Shown here: piece by piece, positions 1 through 11,199 of the stretch | How positions within the stretch are numbered: the stretch's first letter is position 1 | Layout: each line of letters begins with the position of its first letter | Origin: Takakia lepidozioides | Taxonomy: Eukaryota > Plantae > Bryophyta | NCBI GenBank assembly: GCA_030704615.1 | Contig: CM060731.1 | Location: forward strand, 74,586,001-74,650,000 | Length of the DNA: 64,000 nt | Reading direction: 5' to 3' | The notes under the pieces: generated by a model | Database searches by the model: none | What the model was told of the DNA's origin: nothing | The model's input: only the letters and a program-made list of their open reading frames with translations | Made by a program: the position numbers and the translations under genes

Positions 1-1290
1 GTAGCTGCGATTGAAGTGCACGCGACCTACAAGCAGCTTGCGTACCCAAGACTTGAGCTAGTAGATGGGGCTGATATGGTTCAGATTGTGACCCTCACAA
101 ACGCAAACACAATACCACTTACAGCTAGTTATCACTATACAAAGATTGCAACCTCCAAAACTCACACATGTATCACATAAATACTACACAGAGCACTTTC
201 TTGGAACTCAGGTGAGCAACATAGACAAATGAATGTGCGTGCGTAGTGAGTACGACAAGAGCAAAACCAAACACCCGAATGCTGGAGGAAATGGCCAGGT
301 TGCACGAAGATACGTCAATGGCGAGGTTGCACGCCAATACTGCCCGTGTCGCACCCCGTATCCAACGTGTTCCAGGCTGTTGTGCGCTAGTGCATTACAT
401 AAGAACTTAAAGCATATCATGCATGGCTATCTCTGCACACTCAAAATATGAGAAAGAAATCGATAGCACGAATAGAACGTTAGGCCATTAGGGCAAAGGT
501 GTATGGGCCACACTTGCAAACGCGCAGACATTTTGAAAATCTACATTACAGACCACCCGGCGACGGGTGACCCGCCGTCTTGCACACTCCATGCGCGAGA
601 CTGTTGTCTTGAAGCTTTTCATGCAGCATCCATGGCGGAGGCAGCCGCGCAGTCCATATCTCACGGTAGGCAGCTCGAACGACTTAGTTTTTTTCACCAA
701 AATGGCATACGTAGCAACCTTTAGTGTCTCCTGCAACCCCTTTGCCCTTATGTGAATGTTACATTATTTTTTTCTAGATTTTAAAAAATATACACCAATG
801 TAACTCTCTTCATGAAAAATCATCCCAAGCAGTTCATTCCTTCATAAAAACCTCCATATCATTGTAAAGTGCCTTAGGGAGTCTTGAAAGCTACACTTCT
901 TATGAAAGGACCATAGCATGAAAATGAATGGAAGAAGGTCTATGAATTAGGATGTTCCAAGATAAAATGATAGATTTTGAAAATTTCTCACATATCTCAT
1001 AAACTAATTCTTAGGGCTACATTGTGGTTTCCATGTATAACGGTGACCTTCCTATTGGACATTAAAATCCCTATGTGAATTGAAGTTTTCCACCACTCCA
1101 ATTGATTCCATATAGTCCACAACCTTACTTTGGACATCATACATACTTTTACGTTTGGACTTCATTCAATGCTCAAATCTCCATGGATTCCAAAAAGAAA
1201 ACCACCGTTGTTTTCAGCACAGAATAAGGATCAATGATTCATGTCTAAACTTTCAAAATGCACTTATATCCAACATCCATGTCAGTCCTT

Positions 1291-4200
1291 CTATGTGGCA
1301 TTGCATTCGCAGAGAGCTTGGGACGTCCATTTTGGGTGGACCGTAGCATGCTTTGACCCTCCTACCACATCCCCCAACACAGTATGTTTCTTAACATCGT
1401 TGAGATATGGTAAAGGAGCGTTAGTGATGTATGCCTCTTTGATGTATATAGCCGCATACTCAGCTGGCACATCAGGGTAGCCCTCACTTACCTTGCAGCC
1501 TTGTAGAGAACATATAATCCCTGATCCAACCTTTGTCCGTTTGGACATCACATTAAGGAGCCGAACTTGGTCTCCCACCTTAAACTGTCATCCCAGCACC
1601 CACCAGCAAAAACAATGAGTGAAAATACCATGCACACTAGACTACGGAGGTCCAAGCATTATAGTACTTAAGTACCGGGAGGGGGGCTGCAACTATTAAT
1701 AAGGATGGATGGAGGGAGAGGAGGGAGGAAGGGTAGGCAGGAAGGTCTACAGCCAACAAGTTGCAGCAAACAACATACATACACACACACACATTTCAAT
1801 TTCGTTCTCTCTACCTACCTACCCAAAAGGCTATGCCAAACACAAGGTCTTATGAGTACTTTCTGTACCTACCCTTGGCAATAAACTGAAGTAAATCCCT
1901 CACAATGGTCTCCTACTGGATGCGGAGTCTATGACCACAAGGATACAAGAAACGTGAAGGACGGTAGTCTATACTCCAGTGGCCACATAAACAAAATTGG
2001 AAAAGAAGGTCATGGACTTACACCAAGCTGACTTTCAGGCGGCTGCGAGAACTGCTTGAGAGGGCTATTTTCCAGCTCCTCTGCTGACTTGTTGACAACA
2101 TGGAGCCGCTTCATCATAGGTCCCTATATCACAAACCATTACAATTTCTTCAGTGGCATTACAACTTGAAATACACTAGTTACATAGCTCACTCAAGAGA
2201 AACCCACTACTCATGCAATTCACAAGCAACCCAAGAATTCCAAATGTGGACCAGACTTACATTACATTGTTGTACTTTCTGACGATTACACTGAGCAGAA
2301 TTGTAGGGTTGTTGTCCAAAGAGAGGCTCAGACTTCAGAAACTGTGGAATACTAGGAGTCTTGCTTTCCCTCTCCAAGAACGGCCGCAACACATCGAGTA
2401 GATAGCCATCTTTTGGCCTTGATGATCGCATTTTCCATGGCTCCGGATATATCCCACTAAATGGAGGATTGTTTGATGCCTTCTTGGTGTGTCATCAACA
2501 AGAAGAGTGTCTTCAGGACCCCATTCTGGCCACTCTGCCCACACTTGATAGGTTCTTCAAATATATGGGCTTTGCATCAGCCCCCCTAGCCAATGGGTCA
2601 GTAAGCTCTTCACAGTAAAGGGCATCCCACTGGAAAATAAGATTAGTGTGCCCTTTGAAAATAAAGTCCACCATCGGAATGAAGTTGTGAGCTTTGCAGC
2701 AAGACCACACTGCCACCTCAAAGTGTGCAAAACACTTTTGCGAAAAAGAAATATAGTTGGGTCTCAAAACTACCATTTTCATCCCACACAACTTCCCCAC
2801 AAATCCTTTGGGAACAGTTGTTGGACCACTAGCAACATGAATGGATTCATTGAGCAATCCATTCACATCCAAAACTAGCAAGTGCTTGCGAGGTGGGGGA
2901 GATTGTAAACGCTCACCTGGCTTCAACATATCAGCCCAAGTGGGATGCACAACCAATTGAAATGTCGTAGCATCTGTCCCAACCTCCCCATGTGAATTCC
3001 CCAAGGAATCATGCATACCTGAATCCGGTGTACCAGGCTTCTCAGACATATCACGGGCATCATGATCAGTAGCTTCCTTTGTACCAGAGGCAGGCTGACT
3101 TGAAATTGCTGTCTCAGTGCCTGCCTTCCCTATGGCGAACTGCTTGGATAGATGCAAACCATCATCGGTGATAGGGTGAGGGGAGAGTTGAGATTGATCG
3201 CCAGTTACGGTCTCAAATCGCTCCACCAATCTTTTTGATATAGTGACACCAGAACCATTTATGCCAGATGTCACTGGAACTGCCAGGGGGACATTAACCC
3301 CCAATTTGAGCATCATTGCCTTCTGAGAGTCCATCATGTTCTGCATCCATGATTTCATATCCAGCATATCAGACCCTTGAGCCTCGACTTGTTTTTCCAT
3401 TGCATCCACCTTTCCGACTATGGCAAAATACGCTACACTCGATTCCTGCCATATAGACAGAAATGCATAAGACAACATGTTCCAGCAAGTTTTTTTCCAT
3501 CTGCCAATATTTGAGCACAACATTAAGCACCTTACCTATCAATCCATATTGGGTGATCACACCAACCAGACACATATTCATCAAACGCTAGCAACCATGA
3601 CTACAACATGTTCACATGTACAAAAATACTGGTCCCACTTTTGTTCTAGCAAAGCAATAAATTCAGACACAGGTCCTTCTACCACACATGCAGTCCTAGG
3701 GATACAATGATCACACCCAGCAACTTCTGAAGTAAAATGTGTTAACCCTCTACTAAACCCCTTGATGGACTTAGACCTGGCCAGACAGGGCCGTCCTAGG
3801 GATACAATGTTGGCTTATAGTGAAAATCAACAAACCCAAACCCAACAGATCTCAGTCCAAAACAGGAAGGTTAGAGGTACCAAACTCAGTTTTGTCAATC
3901 AACACACTGGCACTCTTATGAGTACATTCTTTCAACACATAGATCATTCACTGAGAACTTGAACAACCAGATGTGTTATAATACACAGGGCACACATGTA
4001 CTGAAAGTACATGGTTGTTGAGTCTCACTTACCCACCTATCGCTCCCAGCTGACATCCTTGAGACAAAGTATTCTTGTATGTCAACCAACGTAGGGGGGC
4101 ACCCGGTTTCTCTTTCCTACATATGAAGCCAATGTGCAATTTGTACTCAATGGCTCAACCATACAAAACCATAACAAAACCACTGAAGATAATGCAACGT

Positions 4201-4632
4201 CAAGATTGAACAATCATTCAGCACAGAAATAATTTTATACTAAAGCTCAGCTCCAAAATTGCTTGAAATACCAAACCATAAGCCAACCAGCGTTAAAGAT
4301 TGGCATTCATAGAATGTATTGAGAGGAGTACAGTGAGAAAGCTCATGAGGGTTCTTACTAAGCGTGCCTCCATGCTGTCCTTCCCTCCCCGGCCCGTTTT
4401 GGTGTGATTTTGAATGTAGGCATTTGTTGTCTTCAAGTGGGTCTGCACTTTGGAGTACTGTTTTGTACTCCAGTAGGAGGTGAGGCTCTTCCAATGCTCA
4501 TCAGACACGTCCATGGGTTTCCCCCCACCTTTATGCCATTCCTTGTGCAAGTCATGCCGTCGGGACTTCATAATTGTGCCTATTGTGTTTCGCAACGCAA
4601 TATCATCCAAGTCACGTGGGACATATTCAAAT
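1291..4632 (-). pseudogene. CACTA TnpA-like gene, 3' exons (Ptta/En/Spm-like domain, FCP1/NIF-type HAD phosphatase domain, Tnp1-like C-terminal domain)
   Basis: 4343-4632 reads KPMDVSDEHWKSLTSYWS...NHTKTGRGG (Transposase_24-like). 2335-2890 reads KHLLVLDVNGLL...LRPNY...FEVAVWSC...KPIYLKNL...DTLLVDDTP (NIF-like). 1340-1578 reads VRLL...VGSG...NAPLPY...TVLGDVVG (Tnp1-like). GT-AG splice sites are visible (e.g. near 4030, 1490). The gene is interrupted at 4633 by family A copy 1. Confidence 0.65.
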
Positions 4633-6179
4633 TGTTGTGCACCTAAGCATTGTGCCACAACATACATCGCTGTCCACCACACAATCTAAGCACACAATCC
4701 TAGAAAGCTATACCACAATGATAAGAAATAAGAAATGAGAGAAGTAGAAGACAATGAAAGCTCTCAAAGCATGAAGCAATCACATGAAGAACAAGCCCTA
4801 GTCCTTCCAAGTGAAATCCACTCTATCACATAAACTAAGTCAAGCCAAGGGCACCTTTGTTAAATGAATCCACCCTACAAAGCCCTCAACACACTCCCTC
4901 TCAATACCTAGAGCTATGGAGGTGAGAGAAGCTCATGGAGGCTCAACTACAAGAAGATGAGCCTCCTCAACACTCACAAGGGGAAAACATATCTCCATGT
5001 CTCAAGTGAGGCTCGACACCTCACTTGACATGTGAGACCAAATGAAGTCCCAACACACAAAATATAAATATAAATATCTAAAATGTCCTAGTTAACTAGA
5101 AGTAGGTAATTCTAGATAACCATGACTAAAACCATGACAGCTGTCGTGCACCTAAGCATCGTGCCACAACATACATCGCTGTCCACCACACAATCTAAGC
5201 ACACAATCCTAGAAAGCTATGTCGCGCGGCTTTTACTCACCCATCCCTTCGCTATCCGAGGCGGAAACTCCAAGATAGAAGAGTTGGAAATCTCTAAGTA
5301 CTCAGCCCGCTCATAACAATCAGTCATGACCTACAGCTAGTGTATCATGGGGGTGTTTCCTATTGGTTTTCCTTTCCGCATTCATGTTAGCTAACTACCT
5401 TACTATTGATAATTAAGTATCAGTTTGCTTCATTAATCTATCGGATTCCATCAACTCATCCATTCATTCCACAACTTCACTCAGATCTCTCTACACAGTG
5501 TGAGTATGAAGTGTGTATCAGATTAATATCTATCAAGTATAAGGCTAAAGTCATGGTGTCTCTAATCTACTCTACATTACAATTCTATAGCTTGCTTCCA
5601 TTAAGCATCTCAGATCATCCTCCTCCTACTCCGTGCTCTCCCTCTTTCTGCCCAGAGATACGCTCTCTGCCTCATTTCCCTTCCGTGATGTCCGAAGTCT
5701 CTCCCCAAGAAGTGCCCCCGAATGATCTCAAGAATCGATCCTCTTTCAGTCCTTGCTCCTAGTTTTATCTTCCTACCCGTTGTTCTAACCGTTTTCCTCA
5801 CTAACCGTCGTCCGTGAACTAACATGTTCCATTCGCAGGTGTTGTTCCCCACAGTCGTTCCCTGTCCTGCTATCCGTTCCCTATGGTTGTGACAGTTGTG
5901 TCAAGCTGTGACTGGCTGTGTGAAACTGTGACGGGCTGTGACTGGCTGTGCGACTGTGTTTGGCTGTGTCGGGCTGTGTCGGCTGTGACGGGCTGTGTTG
6001 GCTGTGATGGGATGTGTCGGCTGTGACGACTGTGACGGGCTGTGTAACCCCCCTCTAAAGTGCTCTGCTGTCACCCCCAAGGCTCCTGTTGGTCTCAGTT
6101 TGTGCAAAAATTAAGGGTACCCCACAGATCCCGTATAAGTGTCTAAGTCCCAGACAGTCCTCTAACAAGCTATACCACA
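4633..6179 (-). repeat. Family A 3' terminal repeat block A-B-A (A=85 bp, B=421 bp), with the inner A split by a solo LTR
   Basis: Terminal A is 4633-4717, B is 4719-5139, and inner A is 5142-5219 plus 6173-6179. A PPT-like tract lies at 6181-6190 (reverse complement AGGGGGGCGA). Confidence 0.85.
5220..6167 (-). mobile_element. Solo LTR of gypsy family B with 5-bp TSD AGCTA
   Basis: Reverse complement runs TGTTAGAGGAC...GCCGCGCGACA, matching the LTRs at 14414, 26390 and 57370. AGCTA flanks it at 5215-5219 and 6168-6172. Confidence 0.95.
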
Positions 6180-6436
6180 ATCGCCCCCCTAGCTGGTGGT
6201 TAGGTCCCTCTAACTTCAGATAGCTACAAGATGTAATAGCCACAGCCGTACTAAGTCCTCTATCACTGTCCCTATTGTACTCAAACTCTATAGACCAAGA
6301 GGCCGGGTACAAGAGCAACCCCATCGTTAGTTGCCGTCTTGCAATCTGTGAACTTGAGTCAGGATCTCGTGTGTTGGTCTCCTAGTAGCTTGGCCTTGCA
6401 TTTCTTGTTAGCCTTCCATGGTTGTATCCACTCCCA

Positions 6437-7687
6437 CTATCCAATGCAATGCGGACATAACCAATCCCCATCAGGAACCATCTCAAGAGGTGGAGTCAAG
6501 CATCCCATATGCCAACCTCTAGAGCATTGATCACACACCAGCATGGTGGCTGCCCCTCTAGCAGACCCACCCAACATGCACCTCAAACTTGCAAGTACCA
6601 CTGTCAGGTTTGGGTCAACCCTTCCATCAACATTTGGAAGGTGACATGGCGCGCAATTACGCACATGGTCCTTCCAAATCATGCCATCCCGACCCTCCAA
6701 GAACAGGACTCCTGAGGGCAACACCTCTCGAACCCTCAAAATAGTACGTCCTGCAGTCACATCCAAGGTCGTAGGAGTAGTCTGCTACAAATAAACATAG
6801 TCACCAGGGTTGAATCTCCAAACCCCAGGACGATAGCCCCCACCACGTATGGTAGCATACCTCAATGTATCACGATGTTGTGCAATGGCAAGGTTCTCGA
6901 AAGCCATGGGCATGACTTTCTTGAACAACTCTGCACGCTGCTCACATGCACGGGCCCACACGTCTGGATCGTCAAGGTAAAGAACTGTAGCAGCTTCTCT
7001 GCGAATGGATGTAGGCAAATCCGGCTCTCGGCCAAAGAGAAGAAAGTATGGTGAGAAGGAGGCAAGTGATGCTTGCTTGCTGAACCTGTAGCCCATGGCT
7101 AACCAGGGTAACTAAAGGTCCCAATCTCCTAGGTGTCCCTTCTGCAAGCCATACTTGCGCAAACCCCTCTTTACTGTCTGAACAACTCTCTCTGCCAAGC
7201 CATCGGCCTCAGGATGATCCCGAGAAGTGGTGCAGTGGTCTATCAAGGCCTTGTCACACAAAGCCTGAAACTCCCCCAAGAACTCTCTCCCTTGGTCCGT
7301 GAGTACCTCAGCTGGAGCACCGAATTGGCTAAGCACACAATCCAAGAATGCATACGCAGCTCCCTCACTAGCCTTATCAGGCAATGGAACCAATTCAATC
7401 CACTTGGAGAAGTGCTCTACCATCACCAACGTACTGTTGTGGCGCATGGTAAGTGGCAACGGCCCTGCGAAGTCAAGACTCCACCTGTAGCCCAATCCCA
7501 TGATCGGAATAGGGTGCAATTGTGGAGTAGGGGCGTTGAATGAAGCACGCACCCTGTCACACACCATGCACCTAGCCACAAATTGTTGCACCTCTGTGTG
7601 CATACCACGCCACCAATACTGCCCCTGTAGTAGACTATGAGTGCGTTGCACCCCAAAATACCTCAACTCCTCATGGGCATGCCGCAC
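6437..7687 (-). pseudogene. Family A integrase (zinc finger, rve core) with C-terminal PHD finger, disrupted by stop/frameshift
   Basis: HAHEEL..FG...YWW...CMVCD; WSLDFAGP; VLTDQGREF; HPEADGLAER; PHD MLVCDQCSRGWHMGCLTPPLEMVPDGDWLCPHC. Confidence 0.9.
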
Positions 7688-7699
7688 TAACCGTGCCCG

Positions 7700-9480
7700 C
7701 TATGTTGGGTGAGGCACAATCCTCACTCGACCATCCTCCCACACTCGGAGCAGGGTGTCCCCTCCCACTTGAACCTCTTGGCTCGTTGTAGGATCCGATC
7801 CCTTCTTGGCAGTCACAGTGGCTGCAGTGTCTCCAGTGCGGAGGTAGTCCAACACAACTGAATCCTCATGTATATCTTTGGCGCCACCTTGTTCATTGCT
7901 GGCCTCAGGGTCCTCAGACACTTGATCTACAGTCATCCCTCTTGCAGGTCCAACCTGGCCTTCCGCTGCCAAGATACACAGAAATGCAGATGCATGCCAT
8001 CCGGGCATCATCTCCTCGTCCGTCTCACCATGCCACCGAGCTCCAGTGTCATCCTGTTGGCTCATGCATGGATTGCGACTCAACCCATCTGCATTGCGAT
8101 TGACCAAACCCGGTCGATGCACCACCTGAAAGTCATACTCTTGAAGGATGAGTGTCCACCGTGCAAGCTTCCCTGTAAGCTTGTCTGACTCCATCAACCA
8201 CTTGAGTGGTTGGTGATCCGTGACAAGGGTGAAGAGATTGCCGTATAGATAGCACCTGAAATGTGCCACGGCCCGCACTGCAGCTAAGCATTCTCCCTCA
8301 TATGAGCTATACTTAGACTCTGCAACGTTGTTCGAGCGGCTAGCATAAGCCACTACGAACTCTCTTCCCTCATCATCCACCTGTGTGAGCACCGCTTCAA
8401 GCCCCAGCATGCTCCAATCTGTATGCAGCTGAAAAGGACGCCCCCTGATAGGTCGTCTCAAGATGGGGCCGAGGTCAACCTCGCCTTGAGCACTTGAAAA
8501 GCTTGTTCTTGCTCATCTTCCCACTGCCACTCCTGTCCACCTTGGTCAGCTTGGTTAGAGCTTTGCAATGGCACTAAATCCCTAACAAACCGTCTATAAT
8601 AGTTTGCTAACCCCATGAAAGCTCAACTTGGCTCACATACGTGGGGCGTGGAACCTGTGCAATGGACTCTACCTTAGTCTGCTGTACCCCAATCCTCCAG
8701 GATATATCATGTGACCCAGATACTCAATCTGGTTGTGGAAAAACTTGCACTTTCCCGGATGTAACTTCAATCCATGCGCCCTCAAGCGCTCAAATACCCC
8801 TGAAGGTGTCTCTCATGCTCTTCCACCGTAGCACTAAAGATGATGATGTCATCTATGTAGCACCGAGCAAACTCCACCCTGCTAGAATCCTGTCCATGAC
8901 TCTCTGAAACTCTTCCGGAGTGTTCTTAAGCCCAAATGGTAAGAACCGCCACTGGTATAGGCAATCCTTCCCGTGCTCATTGATCCCCCAGAATGTCGTC
9001 TTTTGCTTATCCGCCTCCTTGATCGGCAACTGGTGATATCCGGATCGTAAATCCACAAATTCCAAACGTGCTAAAGACCTTGGAATGCCCCAATGGCATC
9101 AAAAGCTCCTTTGGTATTGGCATGGCATACATACTATCGGACTTGGTTCTGACGATTTACAGGCCGGTAATCACCGCACATACGTCTCTCCGTCCAATTG
9201 CCAAAGACATCTTCTTGGCTGGCATCACTGTGGCTGAAGCATACTCTCCCCCAGATAGCTCCACCAAACCAGCCTCCCAAAGGTCATGAGTCTCATCTGA
9301 ATCAAGGACCTCTCCATGTCACTGTATCTATAGGGTCTCCGAAAGATTGGCGTGTCAGTAGCCCATTCATGCGAATCTCTTGACCCTTCAATGCTCCTAA
9401 GTCCTTCAAACTGAAGGCAAAGCATTCCTGTAAGCCCTCAGAACTGCCGTATACGTCGTCTCTCTCCTCCGGTGACTATA
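7700..9480 (-). pseudogene. Family A reverse transcriptase and RNase H, frameshifted
   Basis: DTPIFRRPYRYS; DLRSGYHQ; LPFGLKN; IDDIIIFS near 8830; LHTDWS; VVAYASRS; YSSYEGECLA; LVTDHQPL; ADGLSR. Confidence 0.9.
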
Positions 9481-9829
9481 GGTCCAACATCAGGATCCCA
9501 GTTGTCCTCCGTGACTGCAACCTTGAGTCCAGGGCTTAGAGGTAGAAGACGCGTCCCGTGGTTGCTATGCTGCAACCTCTTGAGCAGTGACCACTGCCTC
9601 ATCTGTCAGTGACAATGTCTCATCCTGCCCATCATCCCATCTTGAGGACCTCCTCAATCGAGAGAAAAAATCCCCAACCTGATCCATCACGCCGCCTTGG
9701 CTGCCAACTCCTTCTGAACCTCGAGCACCTCCCACGTGTGTGCCATGGATGGGCTGCACCTGTGTCCTCACTTGCTCGCCCCCACTTGCTGGCTGTACCG
9801 TCTCGGTAGGCAGGGAGACCATGAAGGGA

Positions 9830-10830
9830 AGGGTACTCCGTACTTTGCGCTGCTCAGCCCATAGCCAACTGATAATCCAGTCAAGCAATTGAGATCCATG
9901 CTTGCCCAAACCTGACGACGTGATGCCTCAGAAAGAGATGGCACCGCCGTGGTCCATGTGGTAAAACCCATCGCCCGCTCGCGATCGTCAGCATTGGGCT
10001 CCACTAAATGTTGCAACTGGCTATCCCACAAGAGGCCAGGTCCACCATCCCAAAAAGCATGGGATCCTGGGAAGCTGAGCAGTGTAGGTAATGCTGCTCG
10101 TGGTTGACCCACCCTGTTGACCACTGCCAAAGACGAACGGTCATCGTGTCTCACACGTTGAGACTGCCTCCCTGTGTCCAAAATGCTATCCACTGTGAGG
10201 TGTGCTGGCCGCTGCACCCCATCAAATGCACGCTTGAGCAGTGCGGGTGGCATCAAGTTAGTCCACCATAGCCCGTGGACGATGAGCCCATGACCCCACT
10301 TACAGCTGCATCCAGCAACACTGCTGACCCAAGCCACGACCGGACTTGATGCACACTGGCCATCACCCTGGCCCAAGAATCACCCATCAGTGGCACATTC
10401 TCCAAGATGATGCTGGAGATACAGCTTGATGAAGCTGCAAGTGGCGCAAAATCCGCACCATCTCCCAAAATAGACCCGTCCTCGAGTCTCGCAATCCATT
10501 GTCATGCTCGGCTGATGAATGCCCTTGGCAGGGCCAACCTGCCACTACCAGATCAATGGAGCCAACCCGCTCCAAATCCTGCGCCCCCAGCAACAAAATA
10601 TCTGCTGGCAAGGCTTGTTGGTATCCACGAACTGCAGACACTGGCAACAAATCACGGTACTGCTGTACCAACTGAGCAACATGGCGCAATGAGACGCGTC
10701 GTGCAGTCTCATCCCTCTCCACATACAGGTAACGTCGAACTCGTACACCTGCCTGCAGTACTGCAGCCAATCCAGTGCTGATCCCGCCAAACAAGTCCAG
10801 AAGGTATATGCCTTCATCCGGGCACTGCCC
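9830..10830 (-). pseudogene. DNMT3-like C5 cytosine methyltransferase domain within family A pol (copy 1)
   Basis: Motif I LLDLFGGISTG, motif II YVERD, motif IV DLVVAGWPCQGHS, motif VI ILENVP, motif VIII region LLDAAV...LWWTN, motif X region RERAMGF...RRQV...MDLNCL. Split across frames by indels. Confidence 0.9.
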
Positions 10831-11199
10831 ACACAAGATTGTGGTGTCCAATGGTGACAACTGAGGTGGTCTTGGTGCAATCACCGCACTCTCCTCTTCT
10901 CCTGACGGTACGAAGGCCTCTACCCAGGCTTGTTGTACCCGTCCATCAGCAGCCTGCTACAAATCCTTGCTCGTACCCCGTAATGGAGTGTAAGCAACCA
11001 TGGCAGGCAACTCCGCCGTACCATGCATGTTATCTTGCTCTGCTAGAGGTGGCACATCCTCTGCATGGGCATTGCCTTCCAGCAACTCTCCAGGCCAACT
11101 AACTGCAGCTGTAAAGGCGGCTAGTGTTGGCATCTTGCCCCGCTGGGCAGCCGCAATACCCCCAATGAATGTCACAGGGAGCTGTGCATGACGACCATC

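Noticed and set aside
1-1290. Short ORFs and an AT-rich segment at the window start
   Set aside because: No recognisable motifs, termini or TSD. It may be CACTA internal sequence, but that cannot be supported.
1678-1700. GGGGGGCTGC matching the MULE terminus
   Set aside because: Only about 10 bp match, with no CATGAGC repeats or partner end; likely chance.
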